20,000 bases of DNA from an uncultured virus (IMG/VR IMGVR_UViG_3300009183_004450) (Duplodnaviria > Heunggongvirae > Uroviricota > Caudoviricetes): IMG/VR virus record IMGVR_UViG_3300009183_004450. The stretch is one strand, 5' to 3'. The notes below the pieces were generated by a model. The model was not told where the DNA came from and did no database searches. It was given only the letters and a program-made list of their open reading frames with translations. Made by a program: the position numbers and the translations under genes. Below are positions 1 through 8,143 of this stretch, one piece after another; position 1 is the stretch's first letter; the number at the start of each line of letters is the position of its first letter.

Positions 1-434
1 TCCTTGCGACGATCGCCAACTAGGTCTTGTGCACCTGCGACATCTTTGAGTTCACCGTCTAGTAGCAATGCACCTTCATGGTCTTTACCATAGGCTTCTG
101 CATAATCATTCTGCTCTGCTTGTTGTTTACCATATACACATACCCACTCGGCTTGCATGCCAGTACGCTCACGCAATAGTTGAGCAATTTGTACTGAGGT
201 AGTAGGGTATGCCACAGTGGCTTCGAACTGCCAGCATTCGCATGCACCCCATTTTGGGAATTCTCTGTGTTCCATAACTGGAAGACTTTTAGGAGTAGTA
301 ACACTCACCAACTCGTATGCATCTAGTGCATTCTTAATTTCTTCCATTATGTCTTTGGGATTTTGTTTAGCGACTTTAATCCTAAACTCGTAGTTTGTGT
401 TTCGTTCTGCGATGTAAGCGTGTAGACTTTTCAT
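1..434 (-). CDS. Hypothetical phage protein (3'-truncated by window), probable virion/head-internal protein
   Basis: Absent from the ORF track. Manual translation from ATG 434 is open to the window edge: MKSLHAYIAERNTNYEFRIKVAKQNPKDIMEEIKNALDAYEL...FEATVAYPTTSVQI...GDRRK. SD AGGA at 443-446 and TAAATA at 457-462 lie upstream. Confidence 0.88.
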   Translation of the reverse strand, partial: MKSLHAYIAERNTNYEFRIKVAKQNPKDIMEEIKNALDAYELVSVTTPKSLPVMEHREFPKWGACECWQFEATVAYPTTSVQIAQLLRERTGMQAEWVCVYGKQQAEQNDYAEAYGKDHEGALLLDGELKDVAGAQDLVGDRRK

Positions 435-456
435 AGGTTTTATCCTGTTTATAGAG

Positions 457-462
457 TATTTA
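457..462 (-). promoter_or_regulatory. T4-type late promoter core (CA-TAAATA-C)
   Basis: TAAATA overlaps the TAA stop of the upstream gene and is followed by an SD and ATG 434. The same motif recurs in nearly every intergenic gap. Confidence 0.75.
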
Positions 463-954
463 TGTGTTTTTGTTCTTTTGGAGAATCTGCTCTAGTAGAG
501 CATTACGATCTAGTACGATTCCTTGTCCTTCAACTGCACGACTTCCGGGATCATCTTTACTCATTTGATGATCTAGTCTGGCTTTTTGTAGCTGCAGGCT
601 GACCATGCGTAGCTTCTTGTCCATTTTAGCAGTTTTAGCAGTAATGGCATGCCCCAGTAATGTACCAGCAGTTTGGAATACTACTCCACCAAATCTGGGA
701 TCCATGTTCATCCCAAGATCCATTAGATCTTCGAATTTTTCTTTGGCTAGATTTGCAAGCTCGTCCATTTCTTCGTCGCTGGCTTCTAGGTCGCGCACTG
801 TGGGCAATGCTAGATCAATTTTATCTATAGCATCATCCACTTGGGCTATTATGTCTTGCTGGTCTTGTATGGTTTGAAATGCTTCGCTGGTTTCTGCTGA
901 GGCATCTGCAGGAACTTCAGGGAGATCAAATAGTTCGGCTAGTTTCTTGGTCAT
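460..954 (-). CDS. Putative terminase small subunit (T4 gp16-like)
   Basis: 164 aa, acidic and helical. The central DLGMNMDPRFGGVVFQTAGTLLGHAITAK segment, a coiled coil and the C-terminal IVLDRNALLEQI resemble the layout of T4-like TerS. Morphogenesis context supports it. Confidence 0.6.
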   Translation of the reverse strand: MTKKLAELFDLPEVPADASAETSEAFQTIQDQQDIIAQVDDAIDKIDLALPTVRDLEASDEEMDELANLAKEKFEDLMDLGMNMDPRFGGVVFQTAGTLLGHAITAKTAKMDKKLRMVSLQLQKARLDHQMSKDDPGSRAVEGQGIVLDRNALLEQILQKNKNT

Positions 955-959
955 GCTCG

Positions 960-965
960 TATTTA
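960..965 (-). promoter_or_regulatory. Late promoter core (GG-TAAATA-C), 5 nt before ATG 954
   Basis: Minus strand reads GGTAAATACGAGCATG. Overlaps the TAA stop of the gp4-like gene. No SD between motif and ATG. Confidence 0.7.
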
Positions 966-1400
966 CCGAGCTCGACCTTGATGGAAGATATCATTTTCTG
1001 TTAGGACTCGAAAACGCAATCCATTTTGATTACACCAGGCTTGTGCTGCTTGCCACTTGTACATGTTCAATACTGCTGCTGCTTGGTCACGAGGGCTTTT
1101 ACCTGCTGCTTCTAGTGTAGTTTGTTTTGAAGGTTTAATTTCAACCAGTTCACCAAACTTTTCACCGTTTTTGTTTACATACATAATCATAAAATCTGGT
1201 ACATAAATGGTATTTTTATTTGTAAAAGGATTCCGATAAGGAATGTGTATTGCTTCGCTAGCCCATTGTAGTACTGCAGGATTTTCATCACAGAAGCGCA
1301 TAAAACTATGTTCCCAACTGCTACGAAACTGAGGAACTTTTTTACCCACATACTTGTCGGCATTGACAATTTGATAAAAACCGTTAGCGTATTTGCCCAT
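963..1400 (-). CDS. Head completion nuclease (T4 gp4-like; TnsA-N-like PD-(D/E)xK fold)
   Basis: Motifs KYVG..FRSSWE..FMRFCDENPAVLQWASE, YVPDF, LVEIKP..QT, KWQAAQAWC and FRVLTE are characteristic of gp4-like proteins. Confidence 0.9.
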   Translation of the reverse strand: MGKYANGFYQIVNADKYVGKKVPQFRSSWEHSFMRFCDENPAVLQWASEAIHIPYRNPFTNKNTIYVPDFMIMYVNKNGEKFGELVEIKPSKQTTLEAAGKSPRDQAAAVLNMYKWQAAQAWCNQNGLRFRVLTENDIFHQGRAR

Positions 1401-1798
1401 TATGATATTATAGTACGTTGAATATATTTGTTCAATTGAGGAGTGTTGTTAATGCCAAGGTAACTAGTTCCCACACGTTCAAAATTCAAAAACATCGCTG
1501 TGTATGCATCCAGTTCACCAGCACTTAATTTTTGAAACTCTTTTAAAGTAATCATCGGATCTAGTCCTTGTTTAAGACTAGTGTAGATTACCGCGCTGGC
1601 CAATGCTTTGGCACTTTCTTTATTAGATGTTATCTGTTCAAAATACGCAACTATTGCACTATCTACATTGCTACTTACGTTTATTGGTATATCAAAATAG
1701 TTATTAAAATATTTTTCCACATCACGTGTTGTTAACGGATTGGTATTAATCTCACTTAAATTGGTAGGATAGATCGCTCTTGTAATTAATTTAGCCAT
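1400..1798 (-). CDS. Hypothetical phage protein (132 aa)
   Basis: Coupled to the gp4-like gene by a TAATG overlap at 1400 and overlaps the upstream ORF by 8 nt. Plausible helical protein with no recognised motif. Confidence 0.8.
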   Translation of the reverse strand: MAKLITRAIYPTNLSEINTNPLTTRDVEKYFNNYFDIPINVSSNVDSAIVAYFEQITSNKESAKALASAVIYTSLKQGLDPMITLKEFQKLSAGELDAYTAMFLNFERVGTSYLGINNTPQLNKYIQRTIIS

Positions 1799-1985
1799 TA
1801 TTCTTATCCTTGGCTATACCTTGATTACTAGGCACTTTAGGTAACGTTGCTCGCATGTTTGCTATTCCACTTTGAAGTAAGTATGTTTCTTGAGTTTGTG
1901 TTTGTAAGACAGCAAGTTCTTCTCTGGTATAGCTGCTGCTATTACCAAATACGGTTGTTGTGAATATTTTGCTATTACTATCCAT
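1791..1985 (-). CDS. Small hypothetical protein (64 aa)
   Basis: Exactly fills the gap between two co-directional genes, starting 2 nt after the upstream stop. Confidence 0.65.
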   Translation of the reverse strand: MDSNSKIFTTTVFGNSSSYTREELAVLQTQTQETYLLQSGIANMRATLPKVPSNQGIAKDKNNG

Positions 1986-1987
1986 AA

Positions 1988-3667
1988 TTAACTTCTAGCC
2001 GGCACAGTCGATCTACCGCCTGTGTATTTTCCTGGAGTACCTTCAACTAGAGTTTGTACGTTAGTGCCAGTAGTAAAGTTTGCTGCATCTCTATTGGCCA
2101 GTGCCGTTTCTGGAGGAATATATGTTGATGACCAAGGTGTCTGTAATAAAGGATTTGTATTTTGCACAGTGGCGTTCGTGCCTGTGGTGAACAACGGAGC
2201 CTGACTCACAGTGGCAATAGATTGCGATCCAGCAAATGATTGACTTGATAAAATATTTTGACTATTGGGAGCAGATTGCGATGCTGTTGCTTTTGTTATT
2301 TGTTCGTTTTTAACTCGTTCAGCTGATGCTGCTGCTGATCTTGTAGCGACTATATCGTTAAGTGCTTTGTTATATGTAAAGTCATCTTCTGGTGATGTGC
2401 TGCTAACCGCTACTAGCGGTGAATTATATGCTATGTTCACTACTTTATTCAATGAGCCTCCTGTTACAGAACCTTGACTATTAACTGCTACTCCAGCCAA
2501 GGCTAAGCCAGCACCTAATGCAGGTTTTCCTGTAACAGCAAGTACAGTTCCGGCAGTAGCTAGTATTTTTCCTAATCCAATACCTGACCCATTACTTGAA
2601 ACACTTCCAGCACTGGCACCAGATGTAAAGTTTGATATTCCACCGGGTGCTGATGGTTTGTCTGCTAGTGATCCCGAGTACGGAACATAGAATCTATCGC
2701 GAGGATCTTTGCCATTTATAATATCTTTACCTGCTGTTAGTAGCTCTTGTGCAGCTAGGCCTTTGAGATCAACGTTTTTATTATTTTGTGTTGCTCTCAA
2801 CAATTTAAAGGCAGCAGATCCAAAATTACCAGCTCTTCCGTCTTGTGTTATTTCATCTGCTGCTGCTAGAATACCACCAGGTCCCAAAATGCTGTTTGTA
2901 CCGCCACCAGCTACAGTCAATGGACTAGGTGCTTTATCGTAGTGCAGGTCTGCAAAACCTTTAACAGTGTTAACAGATACACGACCACTAGAATACAACA
3001 CAGTCTCGTAGCTGATGGTCATCGATGACTCTAATCCACCCTGAGTACTAACATCATGATTGCCGTGACTAAAAGCAGTAATTGTGGGATTAATTAAAGT
3101 GTATTCGCTAAATTTTTTCTGATGCAAACTATAGATTCGTATAGATTGTATGTATTGTGTAGTGAGTGAAGATGTTCGTGGACTATAACCAAAGTTATTA
3201 AGTCTATCTCTTTGTCCTAATGTATATTTGTTAGGTGCTTGATATACAGGATTGATTCCTCCACTGTTGTTATCATATCCAGCATCAGTGTCTCTATAAT
3301 AATAATTGTAATAGTCAAACCATAATTTTCTAATCACGTTGGATTGATCGTCGTGAAAGGTTATGTTAATGGAGTCATAGTTAACTTTATTCTGTACAAT
3401 ATTTGGTCTATTGTAGTTGTTTAAAGTTTTTGTATTAATTGTAAATTTAGGTAAATCAACACCTTTAACTAGCATACCTGCTTCTAGATTTTTATCTCTA
3501 TCAATTCTAGCCAAGGTTGGATTTAAATCAAAGAACACATGGAATAGCCAAGAGTATTTGGGGCTTAGTGCATAATTATTATCTACAAATAAGCGCGAGG
3601 CATGTTGATAGTCTTTTATTGTATCGCCGCGGCCTAATTGTGGAAAAAAATTATCAAAGATGTTCAT
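1988..3667 (-). CDS. Tail-tube-fold baseplate/tube initiator protein (gp48/gp54-like) with long low-complexity C-terminal extension
   Basis: The N-terminal ~225 aa align by eye with the adjacent tube protein (PKYSWLFHVFF/PKLKYRFRAIF; VKGVDLP/VASISRP; INITFHDD/VNVTLRDD; MTISYE/LTIMYD). The remainder is G/S/A/T-rich. Confidence 0.7.
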   Translation of the reverse strand: MNIFDNFFPQLGRGDTIKDYQHASRLFVDNNYALSPKYSWLFHVFFDLNPTLARIDRDKNLEAGMLVKGVDLPKFTINTKTLNNYNRPNIVQNKVNYDSINITFHDDQSNVIRKLWFDYYNYYYRDTDAGYDNNSGGINPVYQAPNKYTLGQRDRLNNFGYSPRTSSLTTQYIQSIRIYSLHQKKFSEYTLINPTITAFSHGNHDVSTQGGLESSMTISYETVLYSSGRVSVNTVKGFADLHYDKAPSPLTVAGGGTNSILGPGGILAAADEITQDGRAGNFGSAAFKLLRATQNNKNVDLKGLAAQELLTAGKDIINGKDPRDRFYVPYSGSLADKPSAPGGISNFTSGASAGSVSSNGSGIGLGKILATAGTVLAVTGKPALGAGLALAGVAVNSQGSVTGGSLNKVVNIAYNSPLVAVSSTSPEDDFTYNKALNDIVATRSAAASAERVKNEQITKATASQSAPNSQNILSSQSFAGSQSIATVSQAPLFTTGTNATVQNTNPLLQTPWSSTYIPPETALANRDAANFTTGTNVQTLVEGTPGKYTGGRSTVPARS

Positions 3668-3676
3668 AGTTAAAAA

Positions 3677-3682
3677 TATTTA
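3677..3682 (-). promoter_or_regulatory. Late promoter core (CA-TAAATA-T)
   Basis: Lies just after the terminator U-tract and 9 nt before ATG 3667. Confidence 0.7.
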
Positions 3683-3686
3683 TGCC

Positions 3687-3717
3687 AAAAAAATACCCGG
3701 TCAAAGCCGGGTATTTT
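3687..3717 (-). terminator. Intrinsic terminator after the tail tube gene
   Basis: Perfect 11-bp inverted repeat AAAATACCCGG (3690-3700) / CCGGGTATTTT (3707-3717) with a 6-nt loop. A run of 7 U ends it on the minus-strand RNA. Confidence 0.9.
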
Positions 3718-3734
3718 AAATAACAACTGTTTAA

Positions 3735-4358
3735 TTATGTTATACCAGTAATTAATGTGCCTAAAGTTCTTCCAACTGCTGTTCCAATACCAGTTCCAAT
3801 TGGTGATTGGATAGCATTATCATACATGATTGTTAATGCAATAGTAGCTGGTTCATTGCTGCTATAATCCATTTCGCCGTAGTTCACAGTCTGTACTAGC
3901 GCACCATACAGTTCCCAAGTTTCTAGTACATTGGGTTGATTTGCACCGTTACCGCCATCGAGCATTTCGAACTTTAACAAGAATTTGTAATCAATACCAG
4001 AACTTGCACTTGCTTGCTCAGCAAAATCAAATTGTTTCTGAATTTGTTCGCCAACCAATTTACTAATATTACCACCTGCGTCATCACGCAATGTAACGTT
4101 AACCGCTTCCCAAGATGGCTTGCCAACTAGGTTTACTTTACTGTTATAAACATCAATGGTAAATGGGTTAAAATTTAAATTTGGGCGACTAATTGATGCA
4201 ACTTGCTTAGTTAGCTCAACTTTGTCTGTACTTACACCGAAGTTTTCAAATATTGCACGGAAGCGATATTTTAGCTTAGGCATTAACAAGCCTTGTGTGC
4301 TAGCACTCTGGTTAGTTGCTAATGGTACTGTAAATTTGTTCAATGAGGCTATTGCCAT
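3735..4358 (-). CDS. Tail tube protein (T4 gp19-like)
   Basis: 207 aa, directly downstream of the sheath. Motifs PKLKYRFR, GKPSWEAVNVTLRDD, ETWELYG, GEMDYSS and LTIMYDNA. SD AGGAGA at 4365-4370. Confidence 0.92.
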   Translation of the reverse strand: MAIASLNKFTVPLATNQSASTQGLLMPKLKYRFRAIFENFGVSTDKVELTKQVASISRPNLNFNPFTIDVYNSKVNLVGKPSWEAVNVTLRDDAGGNISKLVGEQIQKQFDFAEQASASSGIDYKFLLKFEMLDGGNGANQPNVLETWELYGALVQTVNYGEMDYSSNEPATIALTIMYDNAIQSPIGTGIGTAVGRTLGTLITGIT

Positions 4359-4378
4359 TTATATTCTCCTGTTATAGG

Positions 4379-4384
4379 TATTTA
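4379..4384 (-). promoter_or_regulatory. Late promoter core (GA-TAAATA-C) for tail tube
   Basis: Minus strand reads GATAAATACCTATAACAGGAGAATATAAATG. Confidence 0.8.
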
Positions 4385-4407
4385 TCAAATTTTTTCCAAA
4401 ATTTTCT

Positions 4408-4428
4408 AGGGGGTATTTTACACCCCCT
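4408..4428 (-). other. GC-rich hairpin just after the sheath stop codon (3'-stabiliser or atypical terminator)
   Basis: AGGGGGT (4408-4414) / ACCCCCT (4422-4428), with no adjacent U-tract on either strand. Confidence 0.55.
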
Positions 4429-4436
4429 TACCCATA

Positions 4437-7400
4437 TTATATTCCTGCTGCTATATCACCTGGGTTTTTTAAACGAATCGGAATGTAGATGAATTCAACA
4501 TCCTTCATTGGTTCAATAGCAATATCAACGTACAACTCATTTCTAGCGATGCGTGTTGGTGTATTATTTGTTTCGTCGCATACAACTAGATAATCGTAAA
4601 TACCGCGTTTTGCTATTAAATCGTTAATTGCACCACTGATGATATTCTTAATCTGATCACGTGTGATCTTGTCGTTTGGTTCAAACAAGAATCCGTTACC
4701 AACGCTGGCAAGTATTGTACGAATGTAGTTAACTAAACGTGCTACATTGATACGATCCAATGCACTTGCAGTACCGTTACGTGTTTTTTGTCCCCAAACA
4801 ACTAAACCAACTCCAGGTAAGTTAGTAATAGGATTGATTCTGTTCTCGTACAATGTATCGCGTAGTCCTTCTCTAATAGAATTAAAGTTGTACTCGCCTG
4901 TGGCAGCATCAATGAAACCAATGCTACTTGCATTATCCACTAGACCACGACGTGTGCCAGCCGGAGCAAACCACTGATATGCCACGTTGTCGTTGTAAAT
5001 CATTGTACGTAACGCCATATGACTTGCCGGAACAGTAATTGTATTACCTGATAAATCACTTGTTTGTCCACTTGGGTAATAAACACCCAAGTAAGGATCA
5101 GCTGTCGCTAAACCATCACCGTTAGTGTTATTGCTCCAGTTAGCAATATCAATTGCATTAGGTGCTAGACGCATTGGAGTATCGCCAATGATAAACGCTG
5201 TATTGGCACGATCATTGTTTAGTGAAACCATTTCGTCAATCAACTCAGGGTAACCAGGAGCACATATAATATTAAATTGATACTGCTCTTCACGTACTTC
5301 TGTGTTAGCAATAATTGCTGCTTGCATTGCGGCAGTAATCATTCTACGCTGTGCTTGACGACCCATGTATGGACTGCCGTTATCTTTCAACCCACTGGCT
5401 GTTTGCCAAGTATTTTTAATAGTTGGTAACGAGCTAGGTGCGCCAGCCGACGGTGATGTAGGTAAGTCAGGATATGCATTTGCATTAAACTTGTTACTTA
5501 CATATTGTTTTACGTTGTATCCGGAGCGACGTGTGTTGAATAACAACATGCCACGTGGATATAATCTATAATCCGGAGCATCAACGTCAATGTAATCGCT
5601 GGCTATTAGATCTGTTACTGCCGGTAATGAGCCAGTGATAATGTCTGTGGTACCATCAGTGTCCCAACGAGCATCAGCAAACAAAATACCATTCTGACTA
5701 ACTTGGTCGGTATTGTCAATCAAGCCCCAAGCACTGCCATCATAACGATATAAGGCTGGATAGTTTTCTAAATCTCCAGTATCTAACCAAAGGTCGCCAC
5801 CTACTAATGCAGTAACGCCATCGCTTTGATATTCTGGTTCACTGGCACTAACTATAACGCCTTCGGGATCAGTGGAACCTAGATCGTAACCACGTGCATC
5901 TGTTTTAGTTGCGCTACCATCATAGTATGATGTATTTCTATAACCTCTCCAGCCGCCAATTTCGTTGACCATGATATCAACAGTTGCAGGATCACTATAG
6001 TACCATAACGTACCATCTACAGGAGCTTGGTAAGGCTCGTTTGCACTGAAAGTGTATGTTAATGCTTCCCAGTTAGTTAATGCCAAAGTAGTACCATATG
6101 CAATTGTACCAGTGGTACTGGTGCTAAATCCGGCCTCTACAGTTGGAGTCCCGGTACTGTCAGTTAGGTAAATATCGCCACCATAAATGTGAGTAAATGT
6201 AATAGCATTACCTGTACCAACAGAAATATTCAATTCAGGAATATTTTTTGCTAAAACATCACTAACAAAGCTGGCAGGACTAGATCCTGTTAATGTAACT
6301 GAATATTCTGTAATTGTTGCGCTGCCAATGGAGGTAACACCAATTACAATAACGTCAGTCGCGGTTAAAGCAGTTGAACTAAGTGCAGTACCAGTTACGA
6401 TCGTTTGACCAGCAACTCTTCTACGGAATGGTTTGAATCCGCCTGTGTCTGTACGCAATGGATCGTAAGCGACCCATACTGTACCTGCTGCAATTCCGTT
6501 TCCGCCGCCAGCTGGATCTAATCCGTATAACGCATCTTCTGCTCTATTGTAAAAAGGAGCTGCTAAAGTGGCAAATGATTCTGTACTTGAATTATAGCGT
6601 TTGATAACAACATCAGATCCGCTACCAGTTGCTCCTAATTTTGCAAATATACTTCCACTTGGACGAGGCACTGTATCGGTGCTTCTCCAACTTGGTACTT
6701 CAGCAAATGTACCGTATGTTAATAATGGATTTGCATATGTTCCAGCAACAACACCCAATGTAGCTAACGGTGTACCAACCCCATTTGCAATAGTAATCTT
6801 ACCATCGGCTGTGCTACCATTGCTTTCTGCCAACGATGATGCATAAATTTCTAATTTACCATTAACTGCTGCAGAGGTTACACCATCAATTGTTGCGGCA
6901 TTAATTAATGCAGCCACTTGTGCTACTGTTTTAGTAGTTGCGGTATTACCTAAACTAACTGTTGTTCCATTGATAACTATGGTCCATTGTGGGCTAGCAA
7001 CAGGAATAGCAGTAGTTGTTGTACCTTTAATGGTAGGCCATGAAATCTGCCAGGCTGTGGTTCCTAAACGAACCCAAGTATTACTTCTGTTCTTGTAAAA
7101 TAACAATGCATTGCTGCCAGTATTAAAAGCAACTGCATAACTACCAATCTGACCAACATCTGAATCTGGTACTTCAATGCTACTGCTAATAGTACTGTCA
7201 TCAGTGGAAGTAACTAGTATTGGACTTTTAAGACTAAAGGTACCTGTAACTGCATCCCACTCGTTGATACCCCAGGCAGATTCTGTTAAATCCATCCAGT
7301 GTGTATTGTTGGCAACTGCACCAGTAGGACGAACACTAGTTCCGACTAGTTCGTCTAGGTTAATATCTGCACGAATAGCGTACAGTCTATTAACATTGCC

Positions 7401-7700
7401 AAGTGCGCTATAAGCAGCCATTAAACCGTATTCGTTGCGCTCATCGCCGTGCAACGGTGTACCAGCCGAGCTTTGTTTAAAGCTTGGATAACCCATTGCA
7501 GTAATTAATTCTCTTTGGCTACTATAAGCCAGTAGTTTGCCTGCTCTTGAAGCAGTAGTGTCAGCAGCTACAGTGCCTGCTGGGCTTAGTTTATCTTGTC
7601 CAGTAGCAAGAATAACTAGTGGTACAGTTCCGACCGCGCCCGGTACGTATTGACTTTCGTCAGTGACTGTAATTTGTAAACCTGGGGATACTAGTGCCAT
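4437..7700 (-). CDS. Contractile tail sheath protein (T4 gp18-like) with large inserted domains
   Basis: N-terminus MALVSPGLQITVTDES. C-terminal sheath motifs WFAPAGTRRG, RDTLYENRINPI, VVWGQKT, ALDRINVARL, FLFEPND and VVCDETNNTP..I..NEL. SD AAGGA at 7708-7712. Confidence 0.97.
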   Translation of the reverse strand: MALVSPGLQITVTDESQYVPGAVGTVPLVILATGQDKLSPAGTVAADTTASRAGKLLAYSSQRELITAMGYPSFKQSSAGTPLHGDERNEYGLMAAYSALGNVNRLYAIRADINLDELVGTSVRPTGAVANNTHWMDLTESAWGINEWDAVTGTFSLKSPILVTSTDDSTISSSIEVPDSDVGQIGSYAVAFNTGSNALLFYKNRSNTWVRLGTTAWQISWPTIKGTTTTAIPVASPQWTIVINGTTVSLGNTATTKTVAQVAALINAATIDGVTSAAVNGKLEIYASSLAESNGSTADGKITIANGVGTPLATLGVVAGTYANPLLTYGTFAEVPSWRSTDTVPRPSGSIFAKLGATGSGSDVVIKRYNSSTESFATLAAPFYNRAEDALYGLDPAGGGNGIAAGTVWVAYDPLRTDTGGFKPFRRRVAGQTIVTGTALSSTALTATDVIVIGVTSIGSATITEYSVTLTGSSPASFVSDVLAKNIPELNISVGTGNAITFTHIYGGDIYLTDSTGTPTVEAGFSTSTTGTIAYGTTLALTNWEALTYTFSANEPYQAPVDGTLWYYSDPATVDIMVNEIGGWRGYRNTSYYDGSATKTDARGYDLGSTDPEGVIVSASEPEYQSDGVTALVGGDLWLDTGDLENYPALYRYDGSAWGLIDNTDQVSQNGILFADARWDTDGTTDIITGSLPAVTDLIASDYIDVDAPDYRLYPRGMLLFNTRRSGYNVKQYVSNKFNANAYPDLPTSPSAGAPSSLPTIKNTWQTASGLKDNGSPYMGRQAQRRMITAAMQAAIIANTEVREEQYQFNIICAPGYPELIDEMVSLNNDRANTAFIIGDTPMRLAPNAIDIANWSNNTNGDGLATADPYLGVYYPSGQTSDLSGNTITVPASHMALRTMIYNDNVAYQWFAPAGTRRGLVDNASSIGFIDAATGEYNFNSIREGLRDTLYENRINPITNLPGVGLVVWGQKTRNGTASALDRINVARLVNYIRTILASVGNGFLFEPNDKITRDQIKNIISGAINDLIAKRGIYDYLVVCDETNNTPTRIARNELYVDIAIEPMKDVEFIYIPIRLKNPGDIAAGI

Positions 7701-7728
7701 GTTTTTATCCTTTTATAAACATTTCTAG

Positions 7729-7736
7729 TATTTATA
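7729..7736 (-). promoter_or_regulatory. T4 late promoter TATAAATA for sheath
   Basis: Perfect T4 late consensus 28 nt upstream of the sheath ATG. Confidence 0.85.
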
Positions 7737-7767
7737 AAAGGGTTTACATTTTTAGTGGTTACAGGTG

Positions 7768-7779
7768 CCTTTCGAAAGG
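7768..7779. repeat. Perfect 12-bp palindrome CCTTTCGAAAGG
   Basis: Read directly. Lies between two divergent TATAAATA promoters. Confidence 0.8.
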
Positions 7780-7785
7780 TTTCGT

Positions 7786-7793
7786 TATAAATA
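7786..7793 (+). promoter_or_regulatory. T4 late promoter TATAAATA, 5 nt before ATG 7799
   Basis: Plus strand reads TATAAATAATACTATG. Confidence 0.8.
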
Positions 7794-7798
7794 ATACT

Positions 7799-8143
7799 AT
7801 GACTAGGCCACTTTGCACCGCATGTAACGGTAATCCTGCTGCTATAAACTATCACTCAGGCGACAAAATACGATATAGGCGCATGTGCGCCGGCTGTATT
7901 CGTAAAGGAAAGAAAGTAAGGACAATACCCGGATGGGTAAAAGCAGGGTATAAGAAAAAAACAATCTGCGAGCGGTGTAACTTCAAAGGAAAACTAATCA
8001 ATCAGCTATTTGTATTTCATATTGACGGAAACTTAAAAAATAACGATTGGCAAAATCTTAGATCTGTGTGTGCAAACTGCAGAATAGAATTAAACACCGG
8101 AAAAACTACTTGGCGTGAAAGTCCGCTGGTAGCAGATTTTTAA
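7799..8143 (+). CDS. Zinc-finger / HNH-like protein (114 aa; start corrected from 7694)
   Basis: Four CxxC motifs (CTAC, CAGC, CERC, CANC) and HIDGNLKNNDWQNLRSVCANC. The promoter position supports the MTRPLC start. Confidence 0.85.
   Translation: MTRPLCTACNGNPAAINYHSGDKIRYRRMCAGCIRKGKKVRTIPGWVKAGYKKKTICERCNFKGKLINQLFVFHIDGNLKNNDWQNLRSVCANCRIELNTGKTTWRESPLVADF

Noticed and set aside
59..304. 81-aa minus-strand ORF in the track
   Set aside because: Alternative frame of the longer ORF starting at 434, which has an SD and promoter.
963..1400. TnsA-like nuclease as a sign of a Tn7 transposon
   Set aside because: Motifs and context fit gp4 head completion. No tnsB/C or terminal repeats are present.
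3735..7700. Sheath and tube as tailocin, eCIS or T6SS
   Set aside because: Neck, head-completion, terminase-like and dNMP kinase genes plus T4-type late promoters indicate a phage.
7694..7798. N-terminal extensions of track ORFs 7694, 8816, 9205, 11678 and 11763
   Set aside because: They cross promoters or overlap neighbouring genes. Downstream starts fit the SD, promoter or motif positions better.
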